A DNA stretch of 64,000 bases from Mytilus edulis (Eukaryota): NCBI RefSeq assembly GCF_963676685.1, contig NC_092345.1:69130001-69194000 (forward strand), read 5' to 3'. Below, piece by piece: positions 1 through 14,000 of this stretch. The translations under genes and the position numbers were made by a program. The notes beneath the pieces are model-generated. The model was given only the letters and a program-made list of their open reading frames with translations, was not told the origin of the DNA and did no database searches. Within the stretch, counting starts at the first letter, position 1; each line of letters starts with the position of its first letter.

Positions 1-111
1 CTAATTGATTCAAATGAAATAGACACTTAAGTGTTAAAAAAGTGGTCAAAATCTTTCGTCAGATGAACCTGAAATTTGAGGCCAAAATCGGTCCTTACCG
101 GACCTACTCCT
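1..111. mobile_element. right end of a TTAA-flanked (Kolobok-like) repeat
   Basis: Ends ...GGACCTACTCCT|TTAA. The other end is outside the window, so this rests on recalled resemblance only. Confidence 0.35.
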
Positions 112-2387
112 TTAAACAAAAATGGTAAAGTTCATCACTTGAAGATCAATTCAATAACATGAAGTCGACTGCAAATTTAGACGTCAATAGACAATACATA
201 GGTAGAGCTCAACATTCGGAACAGTTCTTCTAGTATTAGAATTTTTCTATTACAAGCTATTTCAAAAAAATAGACAAAACCAGAGGTATTTTTTTTAAAT
301 CATTTTTAACCATGTCGGCCTGTTTGGTTGGCAAGCAGGATCATCGGACACAATTTTAAACTAGATACGCTAATGATGATTGTGATCAAGGTTGATTAAA
401 TGTGGCCCAGTAGTTTCAGATTAGGAGATTTTTTTAAAAGAACATATAGGTTTTAGTCATGACATATCATATTTATAAATGTACATTGAAACACAAATCT
501 ATTGAATATATATGTTAACAAATTTGTTGTGATCAACTTCTATATATTTTATAGTACGGACTATTTAATTTTTGTGTCCCTCATTATTCTATTTATTCAA
601 CTATTGCCACTCCATATTCCACTTCGACTCTCAAACTTGTATGATATATGTTTCCCTCATTTTAATACATGTTAAATATTTACATGCTGTTCCTAATATC
701 TTATTTTATCATTTTTGCAAATATATAACAATGAGTTGATAAGTGTGTATTAACATTGACGGTACAAAATTATTGGACCAATAAATGTCAAATACAATAG
801 GTCTGTATCAATAGATAATGTATTTTGTTGGATCAAGTACAAACAAAGAAAATAAATACCATTTGACCAAATCAAAATAGTCGGTGCCCCTGTTATTATT
901 TTACATCATTAAAACGGAAATTCATGTAACAAGATATAGTTTTTTAAGAAAATTATGGACTTGAAATATGAGATTTTATGATTTTAAGACGAGTTTTAAT
1001 ACGTGTTTCGCCGATTGTATGTTCTTGCTATACAAATATTTATCTATTTTAAAAGAAATCTATCAGTAATATCTCAGAAAATAAAAGAATTCAATACAAT
1101 ACTTTTTGGGGTTTACAGTTAAATTCCAACAAGACAATGATTTTGTATCCAAAATTTTACCAAATTTATGACATAACTTATGTATCGCAACCTGGCCTTA
1201 ATTAAAAACGTTGATATGTAAACTTTTAACAGAACCCTTTCACGTGAAGAAAAATTATTTTGATTCTAATAGGACAAATTCGGTAATTTTGTTAACTATG
1301 AAGTAACATACGATACTGTTTTGGCTGTTCCGTTTTACCCAATTTTGATAATATTAGTAATCTTATATAATTTAATGATTTTTTTTAATCGCATTTTTCA
1401 CTTATATATTTTCTTCCAATGTATTTTTATTCGTTTTGAGGCAACAAGAAGCTTAAAACGCCTGGGATTTACATTTGTTTTTTGTTTGTTTACGGAAACA
1501 TATTTGTGATGTTACATTGTTTCGTTCAATCTCATTACCATTACATTCGCAGTCACGTCTCAGTCATTACATCTGAACGAACGTGCAGGGCCAGCTCTCC
1601 TTTACCCTCTATCTTCGATGAGGGTATACTTTTAGATGATCAACCACTTACTACTTTAGATGACAGAAACCAATCCAACGCTGTACAGTAAACGTTGAAG
1701 TTGGCGTATTCCCGCGTTAACATGCACTCCAAAACCCATTGTAGATGGGGGAGTGTTATGCCGATTGACGTCCGAGGGCTGTATTCTAGGTGTTCGATGA
1801 TTGACCTTCATTTCACTGCCTCACGGCTTTGGGCCTGATAATGCTTCCTGTCATCTTTAGCACTACGTCCTAGACTCATCTACCAGTATTCCATCATCGA
1901 GGTAAGCGGGCTGCCAAGCTGACCAAACTGGTCCTTAAAGCAGCCGTTGTGAAGAAATAACATCAAAATAGTCAACAAACCAAAAAGAACTCACAAGATG
2001 GCGACCTCTAAAATGGCGTCCATCACCTGTTTCTGACCGATGGCACAATTATTATTTTAACGCTCATCAATCGCCTTCGGGCACCGAGCCGACCGTGAGA
2101 GGGCTGTATAGCCAGTCAAGGTTGTTAAAAACTTCCATTTGTTGTTGTTTCGTTGCCATACCAAGACAATAACATCATTTCGCGGAATTTTCGCTTTATG
2201 AAATTTTACCATGATAAATAAATTGAAATGTACTGATTTGTTTATTTTGCTGTAGAATAGAGATAGATATATTGTATCTGAATCTTGGCCTTCGTAAACG
2301 GGGGATTTTGACGTCGAAAATAGAGAATAACTGGCAGTATAAATAAGTTGGTCGTAACGTGGAACAACCGTAAAGGTAGATATTAAG

Positions 2388-2531
2388 ACAATAAACGTAT
2401 AGTGTCTTGAAATATGAAATTTATTTGTATGAGGCTTAAAAACGGGAAAATGCGAGGTTTTACCGAGTATTTTCCCGTTTCGTGCCGAATACAAATGAAT
2501 TTCATATTTCAAGACACTATACGTATATTGT
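2388..2531. repeat. imperfect ~145 bp palindrome, probably part of a Crypton-like non-autonomous element
   Basis: ACGTATAGTGTCTTGAAATATGAAATT...ACGGGAAAAT / ATTTTCCCGT...AATTTCATATTTCAAGACACTATACGT. Confidence 0.7.
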
Positions 2532-5254
2532 TTTTATACTGAAATCGATAAAAAAAAAATTTTAAAAATTAAAAAATGTAACAAATATTGTTAAAAAATA
2601 AAGTGTTTGGAATTTCCCTCTTGGGGTACTATTTTGGGGTATTTCACTATGAGCGTAGTCCAGGTGGTAAGACATTGACATTTTAAGGAATTAGAAAGGG
2701 AAAATAAACTTATTAATAACATTTGATAAACACGGTATATATAAATTACCAATTTGAAGACATAACAAGTTTAAATTCATAAAAGTTTGACCATTGTTAC
2801 TACACGTTGTCATGGTTTTGACGTGACGTTGTTGATGAAATACGGTAGTTCCGGTAAGTAGGCGGGGCTAATAGGTTAGTTGGGGTCATTGACGTATAAA
2901 GCTAACGTTTATACGTATAGCTTTATCTGTATAGTAAAATAGCTGATTGCAGTATAAATTGCGATTATACTGGTTGACGATAATAGAATCTACCATTTCC
3001 TACATACAAAAATGCATGTACCAAGTCAGGAATATGACAGTTGTTATTCATTCATTTAATTTGTTTGAGCTTTTGATTTTGCCATTTGATTAGGGACTTT
3101 CCGTTTTGGAGTTTTCCTCGGAGTTTAGGATCTTGTGATTTTACTTTTTACAAAGTACTGTTGACCAACTTCATTCAAAGAATCATGTAAAGAAGTAGCA
3201 AAACACAAAGAAAGGCGGATTTACATTTCAAAATTGGTACACACAGTCTTATACTGATGGAATCGCTACTATCCCTCATTGCGGAAAACATGGAAATTGT
3301 TTACCAAAGAGTTAAACATAGGGGCCATAAACGAAGATTCAACAACATTGCTATTGTGTGTTCTTACCTGAAGCGACAGATAATTGACGATAAGGATGTC
3401 AATATTGTTGCTTTACTTTCATTATAAATGACCACAATCGATGACCGTAATTGGTGACAGCATTGCGATCAAACTCCCAGAGAAACCCTATATCAGATTA
3501 AATCGTACACTGACCATTCAGGGATTAACCAAAGCTTCCGGCAAATACAAACGAATGATGTCAAATACATATTCCGAATGACGCACCAAACTAGATTTTT
3601 TTGACGAAAATATGATTGACATCAGTAATTCTTATGTTTATGTGTACTGCATCCCTGTCACGTAATGTTGTTATTTTAGCAGTATTTGTAACATTGCCAT
3701 AATAGCGGGAGGTTAGGCTAGCCATTAAATTAGGTTCAACCCACCATTTTTCTAAAAACTTCCTGCTCTAAGGCAGGAATATGGCAGTTGTTGTCAAATA
3801 GTCCATTTTTATGTATATTCCCTTTTGTTTTTGTTGCGCTTCAGTGTTTCTGTTATCCCATTGTTCTCCTCTTATAGTTGATGTAATTCACTCGGTTTTA
3901 GTTTGTAACCCGTATTTGTTTTCGCTTAATCAATTTTTGACTTTTGAACAGCGGTATACTACTATAGTCTTTAGTTACGGCTAAAAATTCTGCAATACTC
4001 ATAAAATGCTTTCTGTCAAAGCATCAACATTACTTAGAAAATATCAAGTTAAAGTAGATTGGGATAAATGGTGATTGTGACTTATTAACCCTGGTAGTGG
4101 TGGAATTAGGATCAATGCGTTTAGATATGTCGCATGTGCAATTATTCACACTACTGAGAAATTAAACAAATACTGCAAAATTTATAATGTACCGAATGAT
4201 GATCGTAGCGATAATTTTGACCGATATAAAATTCTTTCAAGACGGTGAGAAGATTTGCAATAATTTTAATAGCAGACAAACATATTCTCTCAAGAATATA
4301 AAATTATTTTCCAAATGCAGTTTAAGCATTTAATCATGGAGTAGAAAGTGCTTATTTTTTTAGATTGCAAAGTTTAGCAAACAGTTAATTTATAATAATG
4401 ACCATATAGATAACTCACGGGTTGGTGATACCCTCGGTGAGGAAACTTCCACTAGCAGTGACATCGACCTGATGGTTGTAAATAATCTCGTCCTTTATAT
4501 ACCAGGATTTGACTTTTTTAAGCAAGACACGAGTTTTGTTTACGAAAGTCACTAATGACAATCGAATCAAAAGAGTTAAACAAGCCAGATCCAGATAAAT
4601 AAGAAGTTGAAGAGTATTGGGAGTCTCAAATTCCGAATTGTTTTTTTTTTTCAAATAGTGCGTTCTTGGGGGTAGAAAATACTTATTTTGTCGAAAAATT
4701 CAAAGTTTTATAAACAGAAAAGAATTACCTACTATAAGCAATTTTAAAATCATTATCAATGACATTTCTATATCTATATTCGTTGCAGTAGCTGATACTA
4801 TATGGGATGCAAGACTTAGAAACAGACGCTGGTCATAGTTTAACTAAAGATATGGAAATCATAAACATTGAAATACTTAGTATGTTAGCCAAAGACGCGA
4901 ACTATTAAATTACCCATCCCATCTACTCGAAGCAGAACTGCAGGTTACTGATAGATGTAGTTGTGGACCCGATGCTTTGTCCTCACTTTACGACACATAA
5001 GTTGTTGTTCCAAAAGACAAGGCTTCAAACAATATTATTCCACTGCATGCTGATTTTGATAGCGAAATCAACATTTGTTTGTTTGAAAATTTCACACGTA
5101 ACGTCGAACAAAATTTCATATTCACCTCTGAGTGTCATAATCCCCTCTGAAACGTCGGGAACGAATCATACGACGTTGCGCGCGGTTTATGTACATAGCG
5201 TTTTGAACTTCTTATCTTCTAAATAGCTTTAGCAAGTATCATTGTTGTATTTAA

Positions 5255-5646
5255 GGATGTCTGCTGGTCATGTTTTTTGAATTCTTGTCATATTTTCGAT
5301 TTTCTCAGGTTTTATCCATCCAAATGTATTAAATTTTTTTTTACACGACACCCCACTTTTGTCTTCATAAATCTGTTCAATAGATCATTTAAAATTTAGT
5401 GATCCGGCGGCATGAAATCCTTGTTATTTTTTCTTGGTTTAAAGGGTAAAAAACAATTCCAATGTTAACAAATAGTAAAGTCTGAAGAAAACCCTTTTCC
5501 CGCCATTTTCTAAATGTCTCGTATTTTGAAAACTACACACGAGACTAATGATTTTATTACTTTGTTTTGTTTAAATATCAAAGTTGTTTTCATTTTAAGC
5601 AACCACATGAAATCCTTGTTATTTTAAGTTAGAGCAGCAGACATCC
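5255..5646. mobile_element. TTAA-flanked MITE (Kolobok-like)
   Basis: TTAA|GGATGTCTGCTG ... CAGCAGACATCC|TTAA. Confidence 0.8.
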
Positions 5647-7772
5647 TTAAATTTATTTCAGACGTTAAAACAAAAAGACTAATTAAATAATTTTAAAATG
5701 TTTATCCGTACTGTTTATCTATATGTTATCGTGTTTAGTAATAAATACAAGCGGATAAGAAAAATGCCGGTATGCAAACTAATATGTGAAGTTTAGATAA
5801 TATACAAAGCTTAGGCAGTGGAATAAAACATTCATTTCCCTTGGCCTCGGGAGATATGAAGATTTGTTTACCCACGAAATATCGTATTTCACGAGGGCTC
5901 TACTCTTCTTCGGTGAACAAATCTTCATATCTCCCTCAGACATGGGAAATAAATGTATATTGTCATATTAAAAAAAACCTAGTTTGCAATGTTTCACTAA
6001 AGTTATCGTATCATCTTCCATTTTGCGAGCGAAATAAAGAAAACACTTGTTTCTATAATGCAAAGAATACAGACAACATAATAATCGTAGCATATAAGTC
6101 ACAATTAAAATTTCAGTATAATCGTTATTTATTCAGGGGTTTCGTTTCCACAAACTAATTGATCCTTTATGTAAATTATTTCGAATAAATACTGCAGCTG
6201 TGTTATTTGCGTTGACAAATTACATTAACCGTATAATCATTTATGGTATAGTACAGTCAGTGACCGTATAACGGCCTGTTTTTGACGTTCATAATAAGTT
6301 TTTGTAGGGTTTTAAATTATGACGTCATTTAAAGTGCAGAGTCGCGGAGTTTTTACGTCGTTCGCCCAAAATAAAAATAAAATGGTTTGTTCCCTTAAAA
6401 TTTAATTTAAAATAAAATTTATCTAACTTGAAACGAGTTTATGGACCTCTTTTTTTAAAAATGCCATTTGGTTTGATAACGTAAGAAGATTATGTGTGCC
6501 AAATTTCATGAAAACGTAAATAGTGCAATTTTTTTTAATTTGATAAATATGCGGCAAAAAATTACGATTTTTTACTACATTCGTGTACATTTGATAAAAT
6601 ATTAGTTATTTGAAAAACAAATTGCACAAATTTAAAGGACATTTATATAAAACAGAATTAACAAATAATTTGACAAAAAAAAGCTTGTGTTTATCTTAAA
6701 AACAAAAAAGGTTATGTATTTCTGACGAAAGGAAAAATACCCCCACAAATCCGAATTTTGAGCAAATATATAAAATGTGGACCTCATTTAACTCAAAACG
6801 AAGCACATGAAGTTACATTTTTTATTACATATTTGATTTAATCAGGCAAAAAATAGCCTATATGCAAATTGTCAAAAAAAACTCAATATGGGATCAAAAC
6901 TGTATCGTATGCCCTTAAAATATACAACCGAAAATTAAAATTGTAAAGTTAAACAACACGATTAACCTTGCTCATCATACAGTAACCTTTAAAAGTTGAC
7001 TTTAGATGAATTTGGCTATTTATTTTAAGTATTTTTTTTTTTGTCATATAGCTCTCCAACGTCTTCGGTACTTTAATATAAATCTTCGGAGTTCAAATGT
7101 TTGGCTTTGAGCGTTCCTGATGAAGGTAAATCCAGAAAAGCGCTTCGGACGCATGAAATTATTAAACGTGTTGTTTTCCATTTTTTAGCTTCTTTTTAAT
7201 CATATCACAACTTATTTTTTAATTAAATTACAACTTATTTTAACATTGTCCGCAGTAGAATTTTATATTGCACGAGCTTGCGAGTTCAATATATGTTCTA
7301 CGCGGGACAATATTCCCCAATATTCATGCAATAACCCTTTTATTGTATAGCAATATAATATTTGAAAAGTAAAAATTGTTTTAAACTATGATTTTGTCGT
7401 TGATGACGTCATGAATTTTGAAGATTTATTCCACTAGTGCAATATTAGAATTTATTGCACGCTAACTTTTGGTTACTTTCTGTTGGAAATATTATATTGC
7501 TATACAAGAATATTTATTTTCAGTTGTAGTAAAACTCATGTTAGAAAATGTTCGGCAGACGACAAAACCGTGTGAGTTATTGATATCCACGGTTACCCCG
7601 TGCTTTCTCCTTTTAATGTTGTAACGTGTTGTTACAATTGAAGACTGCTTCTCTGTTTTTTTTTTTAAATTCTTCCAAGTAAAATATTTCTGTTATAAAT
7701 TATGTGATGTATTTTTATTTTAAATGCAAAAATAAAAACAATGTAGGAAAGGTAGAATTGGTATAAACACAT

Positions 7773-8033
7773 TTAGTCAGCATGGACTTTTTTACTATAC
7801 ACCTGATGAAAAACTATATGTTCCTCTATGACATGGGGGTCGACATTTGAAGAAAACACCATTTTACAAGTTGGACATATACGTTCCGATTTGCCTGGTC
7901 TACGCTGTGGTAATCCTTGTAAATAATCAGAGTTTATTCCAAAATAAGGTCGTAGTTGCTTTGTTATGGCCTCCTGTTTTTGTGTAGCCGCTCCTGTTGC
8001 TCCCATAGGTCTGATTTCTTGGATTGGTCCGTT
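7773..8033 (-). CDS. CALCOCO-like last coding exon (UBZ-type C2H2 zinc finger)
   Basis: ICPTCKMVFSSNVDPHVIEEHIVFH followed by a stop. AATAAA on the minus strand at ~7714-7719. Confidence 0.88.
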   Translation of the reverse strand, partial: NGPIQEIRPMGATGAATQKQEAITKQLRPYFGINSDYLQGLPQRRPGKSERICPTCKMVFSSNVDPHVIEEHIVFHQVYSKKVHAD

Positions 8034-11000
8034 CTGGTTGAAATAGAGAGAGGGTTAAATGTGCATATTATTCAAAGAATATATATGATATACAAAATGC
8101 CCTTAGTCTTTACAGCATTAAAAGACTGGATTTATGGCGTCATGACTAATTGTTATTTTGTTGTTGTTGAAAAACCATGAAATAATGATTATTTTTAATC
8201 AATGAAAGGAACTTGAAATTCACTTGACCAAACATATCTATCCTAATACAAACAGATAAACTTGCAACAGACCAGAGTTCATGTAAGGACCTGTAAATAC
8301 CCCACAAGGAAATCGAATATCAAGTAAATTAATACAGATTATATATTTCAAAATCATAAAAAATTAGTACTTACATTGATCTTTCTGGCAAATTGTCTCC
8401 ATTCTCCTTGCTTTTCTTTAAAGCGTCCACGTAAGATACTTCTGACTCTTTCTGTCATTTCTGTTAGCTTTCTATCAGCCGTTGTCTTTGCCTTGTCTTG
8501 TTTCTTTAAGAAACATATCAAATAAATAAAGTGTATTGAGATGGATAGTTTAAAAATCTAAACTAAATATTATTTGCAACTTGTTTTGATATATTCCCTG
8601 TTTAACTAGTCTAGAAGTTTCAATTATCCTGTGTCGCTGACTTGGCATTTTTGCATAGAATTGATACAATTCATTAAGTATGTTGTCGTAAGTATTTTGT
8701 AAAAAACGCAAACACTGAAAGGTAAACCATCATTCAATAACTCTTTTGTGGCATCGACTCACGATTTCAGCCGTATCAACTTTATTTTTTGTCTTGTCCT
8801 GATGTCCATGCTTATCTCTCATAGATTCTCTCTTAAACTGTCTACTATCGGTCTCAATAGAAAAAACTATTCAACTAAGAACACTACTCCTTTGGGAAAC
8901 CGACTAAAAATTTCGGCAATAATTCCTTATTTGATCTTGCCCCATCGTTATGGCTGTTAACAGTTTGTCTCGTTCGACTATATTTGCCATACAAAAAAAA
9001 TGAAAAAAAACGAAAAAGTAAAATCACAAAAATACTGAACTCTGAGGAAATTAAAACGGAAAGTCGCTAATCACATGGCAAAAACAAAAGCTCAAACACA
9101 TCAAAAGAATGGATAACAACTGTCATATTCCTGACTTGGTACATTCATTTTCTTATGTAGAAACCATCATTCAAGGACAATAACTGCTATAAGCATGATA
9201 AGGAGTTGATTGACGATTTTGGCCTCATTGACCTGGTTTGTTTTTATCTTGTCCTGATGTCTATTTTTGCCTTTTATTGTTTCTCTCTTAAGCTTTCTAC
9301 TATCGGTTTCAACAAAACAAAATAAACAACCAAGGGCAAGAACTCCTATAAGGAATCGACTAACGATTTCGGCAATATTGACATATGATATTGTCCTAAC
9401 ATTTTGGTCATTTATAGTCATCTCTATCGACTTAAATTTCCTTCCAAAAAATACTTTAAAAGTCGATGAGGTCATCATTCAAATTCTAAAGACTAAGCAA
9501 CACAAATCCCACCAAAAACTTGGGGCGATATTATGTGCTCCTGGAGTAAATACATGTAATCCAAAACGGTTAAGTATTTGCAAGGTTGAAAAACAACTGA
9601 GACATTGCAGTTAACATATAGACAGTATTCCAGTGTTAAAAGAAAGACAACTTATGTATTTCGTTACACTTTTCAAGAAGAAGTCATGGACTTAGAATTA
9701 CCAAAACATAAATTCAATCCTAGGGAAACTTGAAACATAGTGACACCAACTATATAGTTGTAAAAGTGACCGACCTACCGAGTGATTTGAATGTAATTTG
9801 TACAAATAATTCATGGTACTACATTGTAATTTGAATATGAATTTAGGGTGATATGAAATTGACAACCTTAGCATTGAGAACTTGATTTTCAAAAAGGTTG
9901 TGTCAAATATAGTTTAGGAAATCTATACCTTGGGTAGAAAATCCTAATATTTTGAAATATTCTAAGTGTTGTAAAGAGTTATATTATAAATATGATCGTA
10001 TCAATGAAAATTCAGACAACGTTTTATTTATTTATCATAGCTTTGTTGACAAATAGTTATAGTCACGGTGGGTATGGTTGTCCTGCGAGAGAACGTACTG
10101 TGCTGGTGATTTGGTCCTGACGGGTGCTGGTGGGTCCTGATTCTGTGCTGGTGGGTTTGTTTACATTGTATCAGAACGGCAATAAAACGACTGTTTTGTT
10201 GCTTAATTTTTCTCTGATTCGTCATAAGTACCATGCAAAGTATATTACAACAATATACAATTGCAAAAGTCGTGCAAGTTCGTTAAACGGAATTGTCCTG
10301 ACGATGTGCTGGTGATAAGAAAAACGGTCCTGGTTCTGTGCTCCTATGTCCTGGTTCTGTGCCTTTATATTTTAGTTAAAAGTGGCAAATATTCAGTCGA
10401 GATCATTGATGCTGTACTGTTATTGACTACTAGTAATTAACTGTTGTCTGCTTTCTTGAAATTGACATTGTTATGAATCTGTTTACTGTTATTATGAGAG
10501 AAAAAAAAAACCTATTTTTTATTCTTTTTATAATCTGTTAATGGAACCCTTCTTGCCCACTTTTAAGATAAGAAAATATGTTTACGATTTTCGGGATTAC
10601 GATCATTTTGCAAGATCAACAAAATACGTTGTAATTTATACAATACTTATATAAAGTAGATGATGTTGTATGTTTGTTGTCAATGGACAAATTTCCATAA
10701 GAAACCAAAGAAAGTATGTGTTAACAACCATACGTCATTGTACGACCTTCAACAATAACCCATAAAATAAAAATGTAAAAGGTTTTGTATAAAAATGGAG
10801 AGCAAAAATATAGAAGAAAGGACTTTCTGAGCGCGTTTGAATCATATGTCTTTAGCAGCTTAAAACACATTTGTTTGTGAAAAATTGAGTGGTGACTATA
10901 AGAATGACAATAGTATTGCGGGTTTGTTTGTTTGGTTTTTTTTGGGGGGATGGGGGATAAGTTAGAGCGAGGTTACAGTGAAAGTGTTAAGCTTGGAATA

Positions 11001-14000
11001 GTTTCCCGTAAGATTTAAAAGCTGTATTTTAAAAGAAAAATGTATCTTACAGCTATTAAGAATCACTTGCTGTATCTGTAAGATTTTTTCAACATATTTT
11101 TTTTGTCTGAACGGTTATCAGGTATTTTTTTCGAAAGTTCGATAGAACACTAAAAAAATCACTATTTTATGAAAGGGCAGACTAGAATATGTCAGAGAAT
11201 ATGTCAGAGAATGAAGACGAGATAACCTAGAGAACATTAACAAAACTAAGATTTCTTAGCTTTTTCATTTCAAAATTCCAAAATAAATAAATATTTTTGA
11301 TAAAGAATTACAGGGGAGGAAGTGAACAATGTGTCCTACTTTTCTATATTTAAATATTTTTATGAATAAAAAATCAAATGTGCCTTAATTATGATTGAAA
11401 ATGAGTAAATGGAAAAACTACCAAACTAAAATACATTTTTATTTTAATATTGGTAATATCACTAAGCTTTTAAGTTTTGTGTGTCAAACACACCATCTCT
11501 GTAGTAATGACTCCTTATTAAGATATTTCACATCTCCATTTTTTTTCTGCATTTTTTTATATTGTGAATTCTTAGTATTATTATATTAAAATGTAGACTT
11601 AATTTATATTTAAAAAAACTGAATCTAAAGCCAGATAAATCAAACATTTTTGTTTCTATCTATCCGTTTTCAGGACTTTAACAATCAACGTAAACACGCC
11701 TGGAAAGTAAAATGCGTACTCGGCTGTCTGTAATCGACCATTTTTAGACACCCTCCTAAAAAACAAGCCGGGGTGGGGGTTCAGAGATGCAAATTAAGTA
11801 CTTAGATCAATATTTTATATTTTCGAGTATGGTTTATCACGCCCTCCTGTGGCCTGTCAATTACGAAAATGTGCAAACTGCAATAGTATCAAAACAGCAC
11901 AGACAATGAATAATAGAGATATAATTTTGTACATATACATGTATCAAGGGGAAACTTCTTGCAAAGCATTATTATTTATAGTTCATTATTGTATTTAGTA
12001 GAAAAAGAGAATTTGGTGAAAATAAAATCACTATTTTTGTAGAAAATTCACAGACCTTTGTACAGAAATGTTTGTTATGTTTAGCATGGGATCAACACAA
12101 GGGTACATTATCCTTAAACTAACGTTTGCTTTGTTAATTGTGCCTTCAATTTCAAAAATTAAAATATCTCGTAACTTCATACTACCAATTGAGTATAAAA
12201 CAAGTAAATAAGTTTAAAAAAGAAACTCTTAGATTAAACACCTAGATTTAACTTTAAAAAGTCATAACAGTTTAAAACAATACAAATCTACACACACAAA
12301 TAACTGGCTTAATTTCAACTGATTTTCAACCCGAATCGCTATAAGATCATATATAAGCTCAACTGTGTCGAGGGATCGTGTGAGGTTCATTTATTGTCTT
12401 TGCGTCCGTATTACAATGACCAAATGTTACCAAATGATTTTTTCAAGAGTGAATCTAGGAAAAACAATATTCATCAACAAACCAGACCACTGTCTGTTAA
12501 AATGTATTCGAGTTTTTAGTTACAGCCGATTCCATTGAGTATGTAGGCAAATGTTATATCTTTGGTTAGCTTGCTTGTTAGCTAAACCGTGAAGTCATTG
12601 TTAGGTAAGGTCTATACCCTCCTTTCGAATTAGCCTGGTCCTACAGACAGAAAGATGTGTCATTTGTCGGACTAGTCTACTCTTAAAGTAGGGTAGTTTA
12701 CATAACCTAACAATGACTTTTCTGTTCAGCAAGCAAGATAACCAAAGATATTCCCTTTGTCTACACACTCATTGAAATCGGCTTTAATATTGCAAATGTT
12801 CAAGCAATTAGGGCAAAACTTACCGAGTAAAAAAAATCAAAATGTCTATCACCTTGCACATTTCAGAAAATTCAGATCAGATAACGCAACTGGGTCCAGC
12901 AACATTTATAAGCAATTTAAGATTTTGACCCTCACAGTTTCCATTCACCACAAATATTCTCGTTACAACGAATCAAATACCAGTTGCAGCCTTTTGTTTA
13001 TCTATTAATATATGTATACGGATAAAGTTATGAAAGGCAGCAGGGTCACCAGGGTGAGGAGTCCATGTCATCTGAAATAAATGCTAAGCATAGATCTAGA
13101 AAGCGGCAGATAATCATGGCATTAAAAAAACTCTCTTCTTTTCGACTTTTTTCGAACAAATTGACACATAAAATGAATTATATAGTATTATGGAATTTTT
13201 AACTTGTGTTCAATTCGTTGGTTACACCTTTTACTAGGATAACAGTCCTGTCAAGTATGAGCTGGGTAAAATATTTCAGAAAAGAAGATGGAAATGTGAA
13301 AGTTTCCGTGCGTCAGGTGCAACAGCATACGAACAGCTAACATGTCTCGTCAGGGTGGAAGCTAAAAAGTCCACGAAAATATGATTTAAAACCTTTATTC
13401 GTTCCAACAAAGATATTGTGATTTTGTTGAGGATTTAACCATCTACGTCAACAAAATTTCTTTTTTTTTTTTAGAATTTACAGCTTTTCTATAAATATAT
13501 GCAAAGCAAACCATTGATTAAATTGCTTGCTATGATTGTTTGGATGTTTGTAAACGACAGGTAAGTAGTCTGTTTACTATATACTACAATTTATTTGGAA
13601 AATAAACATTAACTTCAATTCCTGTCAGTTTGTATTTGTCCAATCAAATCCCAGTATGTATTGAAACTCCGCCTACCTATTGTTTGAAAACATCCAAGCA
13701 AACATAGCAAGCAAGTCAATCAAATTTTTTTTTGCATGCTTTTATAGAAGAGCTGTACTATATAATGCAAGGAAGCGTTTAAGTCTTTCGCCAAAAAATA
13801 CTATCAATTTCTTTTTGTCGTATGTAAACTTACGTACCATTTCCTTCCATTCATGATCATTAAATTGAACTGTAAAATATTGCTTGGTACCTTCTTAATT
13901 CCTTTATGAGTCTTATGTAAACATAATTATGACAATAACTGTTGTGAGAACAAGATTCACTGCACACTTTTAATGTTCTGCTTCATCAAACATTAAAACA

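Noticed and set aside
8745-9614. ORFs at 8748, 9167 and 9267 and a diverged ~190 bp direct repeat
   Set aside because: No recognisable protein or splice support. It looks like an old intronic duplication.
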